Positions 51,365 to 63,836 of a stretch of 64,000 bases of DNA are shown piece by piece. How positions within the stretch are numbered: position 1 is the stretch's first letter; each line of letters opens with the position of its first letter. The position numbers were made by a program, and so were the translations under genes. The notes beneath the pieces were generated by a model. That model made no database searches. It was not told where the DNA came from and worked only from the letters and a program-made list of their open reading frames with translations. Origin of the DNA: a bacterium (GTDB lineage: Bacteria; Actinomycetota; Acidimicrobiia; Acidimicrobiales; Bin134); the NCBI GenBank assembly GCA_026708015.1, contig JAPOVT010000065.1, forward strand, positions 5,345 through 69,344, written 5' to 3'.

Positions 51365-51986
51365 TCCGCGCCCAGAGGCTTGCGGCAAAGTGAGCTGGGA
51401 TAAACGCCAACGCTGGTAGGCAGCCGCCTTTGCTAGTCGCGGCCTGGGGCTTGTTCTTCGTTGCGAATCTCACAGGCGTGTCCTTGGTCATGAACCCGAT
51501 GAGCCTGTCGTTGGCCGGTGGATGGCTTGTGGCCTCGGCGATATACGCGTCGATTTCATGCAAGTCGCCAGGGTCACAGCGCACCATTAGCTCTAGGTTG
51601 TCGGATAGGCCTTTGTCCGTGAGGTTTGCCGAGCCGACCAAGGCAGCCACCGCTTCATTCCTGCCACCCTGAAGAGCAACCACTGCCTTCCCGTGAGCAA
51701 TCTTCTTGACCGGCTTCTGGCGATACCAGTTATGTACCTTTACGTCGCCTCGGCGCAGGAACGCAGCGGCGACCCTTCGATCGTCTTCTGTCGCGACTGC
51801 GAATGATTGCTCAGTCATATCACCAATGACGATTGTGACCCGTTGGCCACTGCCGACTTGCCTGGCCAACCATGCCAGTCCCTTGACGGAGGCGGACCCC
51901 GTGCAGACCACCACGTCGGCACTGCGGTGCTCGTCTAGAAATGCCTTAATCTTGTAAGCAGGTTGAGATGGGCCTCGGCCATTCAC
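51300..51986 (-). CDS. Single-domain PLD-superfamily (HxK) nuclease-like protein
   Basis: TGSASVKGL, IAHGKAVV, LVGSANLT..GL..NLEL; start uncertain. Confidence 0.75.
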   Translation of the reverse strand: MNGRGPSQPAYKIKAFLDEHRSADVVVCTGSASVKGLAWLARQVGSGQRVTIVIGDMTEQSFAVATEDDRRVAAAFLRRGDVKVHNWYRQKPVKKIAHGKAVVALQGGRNEAVAALVGSANLTDKGLSDNLELMVRCDPGDLHEIDAYIAEATSHPPANDRLIGFMTKDTPVRFATKNKPQAATSKGGCLPALAFIPAHFAASLWARIKLLAFVEQGQSTGGLPGHAD

Positions 51987-52145
51987 GGTGTCGGAGGCTA
52001 GACACCTACCGCCAGCTGCGCCACAGCGGATCGAAACTGAAGGCGGCGCGGCACCTGATTCGACCACTGCTCCTCTGCAACATCTTGGGGGATGGTGCAG
52101 TCGGTCAAGGACAAGCTGTCACTGGTCGTCGGTATAGTGCCCGTC

Positions 52146-53339
52146 ATGGCTTATGGGGCTGTGGCCAGGGATTTTGAGGTCACCGCTGAGGTGCCGGCTC
52201 TCGACCCGGCAGACATGTCGAGCGACATGCGACGGGCTGCTTTGGCATCGGTGCGGCGGGCTGAAGCGCGACTGGCCGGATGGAAGATCCGGCTAATCAA
52301 CGCGGAGCGCGATCAGCATGGCGTGGGCGCAGCCGAATTGGCAGTCCGGGAGGAGCTTCAGGCTTCCAAGCGGGAAGCCAAGCGGGATGTGGAAACTGCA
52401 ACCAGATTGTCGGGGCTGGCCGAGACTTGGAGGGCTCTCGAAGCTGGGGAAATCCCCCAAAAGCACGCCTGGCTGATCGCCCGAGCTTCAGCAGAGGGGC
52501 CGATTGATGAGACCGCCTTGACTGAAGCGGCTAGACACCAGCCCTACGACCAGTTTGCCCGCACCCTCCGCCAGCAGCAGCGGGATCTCTCAACCGATGA
52601 CGGCCAATCGATTCTGGACTGTCAAGGCGAGAAGCGCACAGGGCAGATGTTCGAGAGCCGGGAAGACGGCATGTTCGTGGTGTCTGGCGAATTCGACCCC
52701 ATCACCGGCAATCGGATCGCCTTGGCCATCTCCGACAAGGAGCGAGAACTGTGGCGCAAGGAAGACCCGAAGAGTCGCCGCACGCCACAGCAGCGGATGG
52801 CTGACGCGCTGGCTGAGTTGATTCTCGAACCGAAGTCAGGCCAGCCGTCGCGCACCGCATTGCTGGTGATCGCCGACTACGACGCCGTTCATCGCGAGCT
52901 GGTCAATGCCCGGCTGTGCGATGGCACTCCAATTCCGGTGGGCGAGCTGCGTCGGTTGGCCTGTGATGCCGACATTCTGCCCGCCGTGTTCCGAGCCAAG
53001 ACCCAGGAACTCTGGCTGGGCCGAAAGCGGCGGATAGCCACTGAGGCCCAGCGGGCCGCATTGGCACTGCGAGACAAGGGCTGCATCGGTTGCGATGCCA
53101 ACCCCGCCTGGTGCCAAGCGCACCACATCCAACCCTGGTCCTGGGGCGGGCCGACTAACCTCGACAACTTGGTGCTGGTCTGCGCCCGCTGCCACCACAA
53201 CATTCACGATGACGGGTGGGAAGTGGCCCAGTGCCCCATCACCGGGCGATATGACCTGAGGCCACCGCCTGAGCCGTTCCCCGAAACCGGTACGGCTATC
53301 GACCGACCACCTCAGCGAAACCCAGTGCTCTTGAGATGA
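52146..53339 (+). CDS. DUF222 (13E12-repeat type) HNH endonuclease
   Basis: QRMADAL, RRLACDA, RDKGCIGC..AHHIQPW..GGPTNLDNLVLVCARCHH; ATG 7 nt after TATAGT. Confidence 0.92.
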   Translation: MAYGAVARDFEVTAEVPALDPADMSSDMRRAALASVRRAEARLAGWKIRLINAERDQHGVGAAELAVREELQASKREAKRDVETATRLSGLAETWRALEAGEIPQKHAWLIARASAEGPIDETALTEAARHQPYDQFARTLRQQQRDLSTDDGQSILDCQGEKRTGQMFESREDGMFVVSGEFDPITGNRIALAISDKERELWRKEDPKSRRTPQQRMADALAELILEPKSGQPSRTALLVIADYDAVHRELVNARLCDGTPIPVGELRRLACDADILPAVFRAKTQELWLGRKRRIATEAQRAALALRDKGCIGCDANPAWCQAHHIQPWSWGGPTNLDNLVLVCARCHHNIHDDGWEVAQCPITGRYDLRPPPEPFPETGTAIDRPPQRNPVLLR

Positions 53340-53481
53340 AGATCACCAACTGGGCAAGCGGCAATCCCCGCGGCTGGTCCCCGATGTCCCGGAAACCGGC
53401 AATCTAAAGCCGTCAAACCGCACTAGCACCTTGACAATTGAATGGAGAGAGGTTGCGTGGACAGCCGCCGCCTACCTCGGC

Positions 53482-54942
53482 CTACACCAAGTTCTCGACG
53501 AATCCTTCGAGTTGGCGGAGGTTGCGGACTTCGAAGACGCCGTCGCAGTGGACGCCGTATTCGGAGACGATGGAGTCGCCGGTGTCCCAGTAGGCGCCGG
53601 GCTCGGGGTTGAGCCAGAAGACTTTGCGGGCTCGGTGCTCGATCTCCTTGAGGATCCAGGCCTGGGAGGCGTGGTAGTTGTTGCGGGCGTCACCCAGGAT
53701 CATCACCGTGGTCTTGGGGCCGACGTCTTTCCCGTAGCGCTCCCAGAACACCTCGAAGGCATGGCCGTAGTCGGAGTGGCCGTCCACCCACACCACGTCG
53801 GCCTCGGCGTTCACTCGGTGGACGGCTTCGCCGATGTCGTCCACCCCCTCGAAGAAGCTTGTCACCTCGTCGAGGCCGTCGATGAACACGAATGAGCGCA
53901 CCTTGGAGAACTGGTTGCTGATGGCGTACACCAGATGCAGGGTGAACCGGGCGAAGGCGGCCACCGACCCGCTCACGTCGGCCACCACCATGATCTCGGG
54001 CTTGGCCGGGCGGGGATAGCGGAACTTGGGCTCGGCGGGCACGCCCCCGTAGGAGAGCGAGTGACGCATGGTGTTGCGGAAGTCCAGAGGGCCCTTGCGG
54101 CCGTGGCGCCGCTTGCGGGCCAGCCGCACGGCCAGCTTGCGGGTGAGCGGGTAGATGGCCCGGCGCAGGGCCATCATCTCCTCCCGGCTGGCGTGCATGA
54201 AGTCCACGTCTTCGGGCAGGGGCTTGCGGAGCGTTTTGGCCATAGCCTCCACTCCCCGATCAGCCACTAGACGGCGGCGGATCTCGGCCTCCACTTCCTT
54301 GCGGAGTTGGTCGACTCGGGCCTCGAACTCGTCACGCTCCAGCCGCTCCTCGAGCGGAGTGAGATCGCCAGGGGCGTCTTGGCGGGCCTGGTCCATCAGA
54401 CGCTCCAGCACGCCATCGAGATCGAGATTCCGCAGCGTGCGATACAGGTAGTAGGTGCCGCCCACCGGCCGACCAGGCTCCATGCCAGCGTAGCGCTGCA
54501 CCGCTTGACGGGCGATGGCCCGCATTAGGGCGTCGTCGCCCCGCATCAGGGCTTGGAACAGCATCTCGGCCAATTGCTCGGCCGACATGGCCTCGCCGCC
54601 GCCCCCGCCTTGGCGGCGCTGCTGGCCGTCCATGCCGTCGACGAAGTCGGACAGGTCCATTCCTTCGGGCCACTCGCCATCGATGAGGTCGTACTCAGCT
54701 CCCCGGAGCGAGAAGTACACCTCGAACACCGTCTCGAATGCCCGCCAGTGGGCGTGGTTCTTCACCAGGGTGGCGGCCAACGCATACTTGAACGCATCCC
54801 GGTCCTCGATGGGGATGTGCTGGATGGCCTCCATGGCGTCCAGGTTCTCGGTGAGACTGACCGGCAGCCCCGCGGCCCGCAGCTCGGAGATGAACCCGGC
54901 CAGAAGCGCCAGCAGCGGCGAAGTGGCGGGCTCGACCTTCAT
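53482..54942 (-). CDS. CoxE-like VWA domain protein
   Basis: LRAAGLPVS, DVSGS MIDAS, LGDARNN, WLNPEP. Confidence 0.92.
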   Translation of the reverse strand: MKVEPATSPLLALLAGFISELRAAGLPVSLTENLDAMEAIQHIPIEDRDAFKYALAATLVKNHAHWRAFETVFEVYFSLRGAEYDLIDGEWPEGMDLSDFVDGMDGQQRRQGGGGGEAMSAEQLAEMLFQALMRGDDALMRAIARQAVQRYAGMEPGRPVGGTYYLYRTLRNLDLDGVLERLMDQARQDAPGDLTPLEERLERDEFEARVDQLRKEVEAEIRRRLVADRGVEAMAKTLRKPLPEDVDFMHASREEMMALRRAIYPLTRKLAVRLARKRRHGRKGPLDFRNTMRHSLSYGGVPAEPKFRYPRPAKPEIMVVADVSGSVAAFARFTLHLVYAISNQFSKVRSFVFIDGLDEVTSFFEGVDDIGEAVHRVNAEADVVWVDGHSDYGHAFEVFWERYGKDVGPKTTVMILGDARNNYHASQAWILKEIEHRARKVFWLNPEPGAYWDTGDSIVSEYGVHCDGVFEVRNLRQLEGFVENLV

Positions 54943-55011
54943 GGCAGCCTCAGCGCAGGGGCGTCGAGGGATGGCGCGAGGGGCGGGTGACCTTGCGTTG
55001 GACGAGGAGGG

Positions 55012-55926
55012 TCACGACGTTGCGACCGGGGCGGCAAATTCCTCGTCGGAGGAGGCGAACTCCTTGAGCGCCTTTTCGATGTCGCTGCGGTACTTGAGCA
55101 GGATGTTCACCGTCTCGGCCGCAGTGTCGGCGTCGATGTGCTCCACCCCCAGCAGCACCAGGGTGCGGGCCCAGTCCAGGGTCTCCGACACCGACGGGGC
55201 CTTCTTCAACTCGATCTGGCGAACCGATCGCACGATGCGGGCCACTTGGTCGGCCAGGCTCTCGCCCACGCCGGGAACCTTGGCCAGCACGATCTCCTTC
55301 TCCCGGTCGAGATCGGGATAGTCGATGTGCAGAAACAGGCACCGCCGCTTGAGGGCTTCCGACAGCTCCCGGGTGTTGTTGGACGTGAGGAACACCAGTG
55401 GGATCTGGCTGGCGGCCACCGTGCCCAACTCGGGGATGGACACCTGGTAGTCGGACAGGATCTCCAGCAACAGCGCCTCGGTCTCGATCTCCACCCGGTC
55501 GACCTCGTCGATGAGCAGCACCACCGGCTCAGCGGCGCGGATGGCCTCGAGCAGCGGCCGGGTGAGCAGGAACTCCTCGGAGAACAGATCGTCCTCGATC
55601 TGCTGCCACATGCCGTCGCCCTCGGGGCCTTGTCCCTGGCGCTCGGCTTGAATGCGAAGGAGTTGCTTCTTGTAGTTCCACTCGTACAGCGCCTTGGACT
55701 CGTCGAGGCCCTCGTAGCACTGGAGGCGGATGAGACGGGCACCGGTGGCCTCGGCCACGCTCTTGGCCAATTGGGTCTTGCCGGTGCCCGCCGGACCCTC
55801 CACCAGCACCGGCTTCTGTAGCCGCTCGGCCAGATAGACCACACCGGCGATGCCCTCGTCAGCCAGATACTGCACGCCGCTCAGGCCCTTGCGCACCGAG
55901 TCGACGTCGGCAAAGGAGAAGCTCAT
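55012..55926 (-). CDS. MoxR/CoxD-like AAA+ ATPase
   Basis: EGPAGTGKT, RLQCYEGLD, LLIDEVDR, LSEALKRRC. Confidence 0.94.
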   Translation of the reverse strand: MSFSFADVDSVRKGLSGVQYLADEGIAGVVYLAERLQKPVLVEGPAGTGKTQLAKSVAEATGARLIRLQCYEGLDESKALYEWNYKKQLLRIQAERQGQGPEGDGMWQQIEDDLFSEEFLLTRPLLEAIRAAEPVVLLIDEVDRVEIETEALLLEILSDYQVSIPELGTVAASQIPLVFLTSNNTRELSEALKRRCLFLHIDYPDLDREKEIVLAKVPGVGESLADQVARIVRSVRQIELKKAPSVSETLDWARTLVLLGVEHIDADTAAETVNILLKYRSDIEKALKEFASSDEEFAAPVATS

Positions 55927-55984
55927 GGTTGAAGGCTACGCCCAGCCTGTTCCGGCCCCGAAATCACGGCTTCTCTGTGAACGG

Positions 55985-57241
55985 CTAGCCGCGAATTTGG
56001 CCCTCGCCCCGCACCACGTACTTGGTGGTGGTGAGCTGGCGCAGGCCCATCGGGCCCCGAGCGTGCAGCTTCTGGGTGCTGATGCCGATCTCGGCGCCGA
56101 AACCGAACTCCTCGCCATCCACAAACCGGGTGGAGGCATTGACCAGCACGGCAGCGGCGTCCACCTCGGTGCAGAACCGATCGGCAGCCTCCAGATCGGC
56201 CGTGATGATGGCCTCGCTGTGGCCGCTGCCGGTGTCGTTCACGTGGGCAATGGCCTCATCGAGGTCGTCGACCACCTTCACCGACAATTTCAGATCTAGG
56301 AACTCGGTGAAGTAGTCGGCCTGGGTGGCCTTGCCGATGCGATCCGGCCCCAAGATCGCCCGAGCGGCCTCGTCGCCCACCAGCTCAACCCCGGCCAGGT
56401 CGTCGGTCAGCGGGGGCAGCAACTCGGCGGCCACCGCCCGGTGTACCACCAGGGACTCGGCCGCGTTGCACACCGACGGGCGCTGGGTCTTGGCGTTCAC
56501 CACAATGCGCCGGGCCATGTCCAGATCGGCCGAGGCGTCGACGTACACATGGCAGTTGCCGTCGCCGTCGATCACATAGGGCACGGTGGCGTTCTCGAGT
56601 ATGGAAGCGATAAGCCCGGGCCCGCCTCGGGGGATGAGACAGTCGATGGTGTCTCGGAGCTGCATGAACTCGGCGGCTGCCTCATGGCTGGGGTCGGACA
56701 CCAGCACCAGGGCATCGCTGGGCAGACCGGCCTTCTCATAGGCGTCCCGCATCACCCCCGCTATGGCCAGGTTGGAGCCCAACGCGCTGGACGAGCCCCG
56801 CAAGAAGGCGGCGTTGCCCGACTTGAGGCACAAACCGGCGGCATCGCTGGTCACGTTGGGGCGGCTCTCGTACACGATGGCCACTACGCCCAGCGGCACC
56901 CGGACCTGGCTGATCCGCAGGCCGGTCGGCACCACCCAGCCGCTGACGATCTCCCCCACCGGGTCGGCCAGCCCAGCCACCTTGCGCAAACCCCCGGCCA
57001 TACCCTCCAACCGGGAGTCGGTCAGCGTGAGCCGATCGACCAGGGTGGCGCTCATACCCCAATCGGTAGCGGCATCCACATCGGCCCGATTGGCCTCCAG
57101 CAGATCGTCGCGGGCTTGCTCCAATTGGTCGGCGGCCAGCAGCAGCGCATGGTTCTTGGTCTCGGTGTCGGCGGTGGCCAGAACACGAGCCGCGGCTTTG
57201 GCCCGGTCGGCCAGCTCGGCCATCGAGGTATCTGCGCTCAC
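55985..57241 (-). CDS. proA: Glutamate-5-semialdehyde dehydrogenase
   Basis: YESRPNVT, SVCNAAE, SGHSEAI, GAEIGISTQKLHARGP; GTG 6 nt after TACGCT. Confidence 0.97.
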   Translation of the reverse strand: MSADTSMAELADRAKAAARVLATADTETKNHALLLAADQLEQARDDLLEANRADVDAATDWGMSATLVDRLTLTDSRLEGMAGGLRKVAGLADPVGEIVSGWVVPTGLRISQVRVPLGVVAIVYESRPNVTSDAAGLCLKSGNAAFLRGSSSALGSNLAIAGVMRDAYEKAGLPSDALVLVSDPSHEAAAEFMQLRDTIDCLIPRGGPGLIASILENATVPYVIDGDGNCHVYVDASADLDMARRIVVNAKTQRPSVCNAAESLVVHRAVAAELLPPLTDDLAGVELVGDEAARAILGPDRIGKATQADYFTEFLDLKLSVKVVDDLDEAIAHVNDTGSGHSEAIITADLEAADRFCTEVDAAAVLVNASTRFVDGEEFGFGAEIGISTQKLHARGPMGLRQLTTTKYVVRGEGQIRG

Positions 57242-59042
57242 GGCGCGAGCGTACCCGACTGGGTTCCGGCTCCTGGAAGTGCTTTCTTCGAAGTGCTGGT
57301 GCTCGGGCTGCCCAAAGCGAAACCCATTGCTCCGGTAGCGTGTTTTGGCATTCCACCGGTTGAGCAGCGATTCGAAGGCCCCGACGACTCCCCGCGCCCC
57401 AGCGGCAAGGGAGCCGTGCTGGTGGGTGCAGGGATCTTCTTGTCCCGCGTCTCCGGCATCGGCCGAGAAGTGGCGGTGGCGGCGTTCATCGGCGCGGGCC
57501 GCATCGGTGACGCCTACCGGGCCGCCTTGACAATCCCCCGACTGCTGCAAAACCTGCTAGGCGAGGGGGTGCTGTCGGCCTCGTTCATCCCCATCTACTC
57601 GCAGCTTGTCGAACAAGACCGGCGCAAAGACGCCGGTCGGCTGGCCGGAGCGGTGTTCGGACTCCTGTCCGTGGTCACCGGGTTGTTGGTGTTGGCCGGA
57701 TGGTTGCTGGCCGAGCCGATCGTGTCCCTCCTGCTGTGGCGGCTGTCGGACGACACTGCTGAACTGACCGTGGAGCTGGTGCGGGTGATGTTCGCTGGGA
57801 TCGGCTTCATCGTGCTGGCGGCGTGGGCCTTGGGGGTACTGAACGCCCATCGCCGGTTCTTCCTGTCCTATGCCGCACCAGTCATATGGAACGCCGCCCA
57901 AGTGGCGTTCATGGCGGGGGCCTGGCTGGTGTGGCACAACGTCGACCCCGCCACTCGGGCCTCCGATGTGGCCAAGATGGCCGCCTGGGGCGTGGTGCTG
58001 GGCGGGGCCCTCCAGTTCCTAGTGCAGGTGCCGCTGGTGCTTCGGCTAGTGCCAGCGCTGCGGCTCAGCCTCAACTGGCGGCGCCCCGACGTCCGCACCG
58101 TGCTCGACCGGTTCGGCCCTGCGTTCATCGGCCGAGGCGTGGTGCAAGTATCGGCCTACGTGGACCTGATCTTGGCCGGGCTGCTGGCCAGCGGGGCCAT
58201 TGCCGCTCTGGGATTCGCCCAGGTGATCTATTTCTTGCCCATCAGCCTGTTTGCCATGAGCGTGGCGGCCAGCGACCTACCCGAGATGTCCCGAGAACAG
58301 GACAACCCTGAGGCGCTGAGGCAGCGTCTGCAAACTGGGCTGGACCGCATTGGGTTCTATGTGCTGTTCTCGGCGGTGGCGTTCATCACCCTGGGCGGGC
58401 TGATCGTGGGAGCGCTGCTGGAGCGGGGGCAGTTCAATGGCGACCAGACCGTTCAGGTGTGGTGGATCTTGGCGGCTTACTCCTTGGGACTGGTGGCCTC
58501 GGCGTCTTCTCGTCTGCTTCAGAACGCCTGCTTCGCCGCTGGCGATGCCAAGGGGCCGGCTCGAGTGGCCGGGGTGCGGGTAGTGCTGGCCGCCGCAACA
58601 GGAGTGGTGCTGATGTTCAGCTTCGACTCCTACGCGGTGGTGGACGGGAGCGTGGAGCGACTGGGCGACTTCCAGGTGTTGTCGCGGCTGTCAGATGCCG
58701 CGCGGGCCGAAGGAGCGGTTCGGTTGGGAGCGGTGGGCTTGGCTCTGGGCAGCACGGTGGCCGCTTGGGTGGAATACGGCATCTTGCGCCACCGGGTCCG
58801 CTACTTGCTGGGCCGAAGCCGGCCAGTGAAGGGACCCGCAGGACGCTTGGCCGTTGCCGCTCTTTCAGCCGCGGTGCTGGGGGCTGTTTTGGCGTGGGGT
58901 CTAGAGCCGTTGCCGCTGTTGTTTGCCGCACCATTCTCTTTGCTGTTGACCGGGGTGGTCTATGTGATGTTGGGCCGGGGCTCAGGGGTGGCTGCGGCCG
59001 AAGAGGCTGCCGGGCTGATGGAGCAGGCCCTCAAGCGGGTCT

Positions 59043-61429
<2,387 letters not shown>

Positions 61430-61478
61430 TCAATCCGCACTCGTCTAAGTCAAGCGGCTGTGAGCCGCTGGGAGACGA

Positions 61479-61730
61479 TCAGCCGGTGATGACGTCGACG
61501 AGCTTGCGGCGGCGCCGATGGCCGAACTTGACCCGGCCGTTGGCGGTAGCGAAGAGGGTGTCGTCGCGGCCGCGCCTGACGTTCTCACCGGGGTGGATGC
61601 GGGTTCCCCGCTGACGCACGATGATCGAGCCCGCAGTCACCTGCGTGCCGTCGAACACCTTGACCCCAAGGCGCTTGGGGTTGGAATCTCGGCCGTTGCG
61701 GGTTGAGCCGCCGCCTTTGGTCTTGGACAT
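61479..61730 (-). CDS. rpmA: 50S ribosomal protein L27
   Basis: [24 protein letters not shown]. Confidence 0.98.
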   Translation of the reverse strand: MSKTKGGGSTRNGRDSNPKRLGVKVFDGTQVTAGSIIVRQRGTRIHPGENVRRGRDDTLFATANGRVKFGHRRRRKLVDVITG

Positions 61731-61758
61731 CTCCTGCTCCCTTCAGCGTTCCGACTGG

Positions 61759-62064
61759 CTATGCCTTGATGGCCGTGATCTGGATGCGGGACTTGCGCTG
61801 ACGGTGGCCCCACCGCCGACGCTGATTGCTCTTGTTCTTGTAGGTGAAGCCGTTGATCTTGCGATCCTTGACCGAGTCAACCACCGTAGCGGTGACCTTG
61901 GCCTTGCCGAGCGCGTCGGGGGCAGCGGTCACCGAGTCGCCGTCCACCAGCAGAAGGGGGATCAGCTCCACCTCGGCCCCGGGCTCGCCCAACAACTCAA
62001 CGTCAAGGACTTGGCCCTCTTCAACTTTGTACTGCTTTCCGCCTGTGCGGATGACGGCATACAC
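61759..62064 (-). CDS. rplU: 50S ribosomal protein L21
   Basis: YAVIRTGGKQYKV, GHRQ. Confidence 0.98.
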   Translation of the reverse strand: MYAVIRTGGKQYKVEEGQVLDVELLGEPGAEVELIPLLLVDGDSVTAAPDALGKAKVTATVVDSVKDRKINGFTYKNKSNQRRRWGHRQRKSRIQITAIKA

Positions 62065-62162
62065 CTGCTTGCGCCTCGCTCACTACTTGCCGGCAGGTCC
62101 GACGGATAATTCTAGACGAACCATCAGAGGCCAACCCCAACCGTTAAGACCCAGCCAAACAG

Positions 62163-63821
62163 CTACTTCTTCGAGGCGAGCGTCTTGTCCAACTCCAGGC
62201 CCCGCCCCTCGCAGGTCGGGCAGACCGATGAGCACGACTCCAACAGACCCTCCCCGATGCGCTTGCGGGTCATCTCCACCAATCCCAAATCGGAGATGTC
62301 CAGCACCTGGGTACGGGTCTTGTCCCAGGCCAGCGACTCCCGGAATGCCTTCATGACCTCTTCCCGATTTCCCCGCTTCTCCATGTCCACGAAGTCGATC
62401 ACGATGATTCCGCCGATGTCGCGCAGCCGCAGCTGTCGAGGGATCTCCTGAGCCGCCTCCAGGTTGTTGCGGAAAACGGTCTCCTCCAGGTTGGAGTCGC
62501 CGACATTTTTGCCGGTGTTCACGTCGATGACCGTGAGCGCCTCGGTGCTCTCGATGATCAGCGATCCGCCGCCAGGCAGCCACACCTTCTTGTCCAGTGC
62601 CTTGAGGAACTGCTCATACACGTGATGGCGCTCCAGCAAGCTCAGATGCTCGGTCTCGGCGTCGTAGTACTCCAGCCGCTCGCCCAGTTCGGGGGCCACG
62701 CTGGACACGTAGTCGTACACCTGGTCGAACAGGCGCCGATCATCAATCTGGACCGAGCGGAAGTCCTGGTTGAACTCCTCCCGGATGACCCGAACCGCCA
62801 TCTCGGGCTCCCGGTACAACAGCCCCGGTACCTTGGCCTTCTTGGACAGAGCCTCAATCTCTTCCCATTGCGAGACCAGCCGCTTCACGTCGCGCTCCAG
62901 CTCCTCGGCGGTGATCTTCTCGGCCGCGGTGCGGACGATGATCCCGTGCTCCTCCGGCTTGCACCGGTCCAGCACCTTGCGAAGACGCTTGCGCTCCTTG
63001 TCGGGGAGCCGCTTGGAGATGCCGTAGGTCTTGGAGTTGGGCACCAGCACCACGAAGCGGCCTGGCAAAGACACTTCCTGGGTCAGCCGGGCCCCCTTGT
63101 GGGCTATTGGATTCTTGGTGACCTGGCACATGATGGTCTGGCGGGCCTCCAAGAGGTTCTCGATGCGAGGTGAGCCATCGGAGGTCTCCACATCGTCGGG
63201 GTCGAACACCACATCTCCCCGGTACAGCACCGCATTCTTGGGAGTGCCGATGTCCACGAAGGCGGCCTCCATGCCGGGCAACACATTTTGAACTCGGCCC
63301 AGATAAATGTTGCCGTGGATCTCGCCCACATCGTCGGCCGGGCGGGAGACGTAGTGCTCAATGAGAGCCCGGCCCTCCAACACCGCTATCTGGGTGGCTT
63401 CTGGGCGCACTTGCACCAGCATCATATAGCGGCCTACCGGGCGTCCCTTGCGACGACGGCCCCGACGGCGCTCAAGCGTCTTCTCGTCGAGCTCTACCGG
63501 GCCGTCGGAAACCTTGTGCTCTACCGGTTGGATCGGGCGGCTACCGCCGCCGCGGCCCCTCCCTCCCCGACGGCGTCGGCGCTTGCGGCCCGAGCCGGAA
63601 CCGCCCGAGCCTGAGTTCGAACCGCCCGAGCCTGATCCTCCGGAACCCGAGCCCTCGGAAGAGCCCGATCCGTTCCCGCTTGGCGCGGGGCGGGAATCCC
63701 CGATCTTGGGGCGATTGTCGGAAGGCGGGAGCGCGGGGCGGGAATCCCCGATCTTGGGGCGGTTATCGGAAGGCGGGAGCGCGGGGCGGGAATCGCCGAT
63801 CTTGGGGCGACCTTCGGTCAT
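62163..63821 (-). CDS. rne: Ribonuclease E/G with disordered N-terminal extension
   Basis: GNIYLGRV..PGMEAAFVDIG, KGARLT, IDVNTG, RQLRLRDIGGIIVIDF, CPTC. Confidence 0.96.
   Translation of the reverse strand: MTEGRPKIGDSRPALPPSDNRPKIGDSRPALPPSDNRPKIGDSRPAPSGNGSGSSEGSGSGGSGSGGSNSGSGGSGSGRKRRRRRGGRGRGGGSRPIQPVEHKVSDGPVELDEKTLERRRGRRRKGRPVGRYMMLVQVRPEATQIAVLEGRALIEHYVSRPADDVGEIHGNIYLGRVQNVLPGMEAAFVDIGTPKNAVLYRGDVVFDPDDVETSDGSPRIENLLEARQTIMCQVTKNPIAHKGARLTQEVSLPGRFVVLVPNSKTYGISKRLPDKERKRLRKVLDRCKPEEHGIIVRTAAEKITAEELERDVKRLVSQWEEIEALSKKAKVPGLLYREPEMAVRVIREEFNQDFRSVQIDDRRLFDQVYDYVSSVAPELGERLEYYDAETEHLSLLERHHVYEQFLKALDKKVWLPGGGSLIIESTEALTVIDVNTGKNVGDSNLEETVFRNNLEAAQEIPRQLRLRDIGGIIVIDFVDMEKRGNREEVMKAFRESLAWDKTRTQVLDISDLGLVEMTRKRIGEGLLESCSSVCPTCEGRGLELDKTLASKK
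63684..63809 (-). repeat. 48-bp coding tandem repeat (RPKIGDSRPALPPSDN, ~2.6 copies) in the RNase E/G N-terminus
   Basis: Visible in both DNA and protein. Confidence 0.95.
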
Positions 63822-63836
63822 CTGTGTAGTCCTTTC

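Noticed and set aside
53482..55926. CO dehydrogenase cluster implied by CoxD/CoxE-like genes
   Set aside because: No coxLMS genes here; this pair commonly follows proA in actinobacteria.
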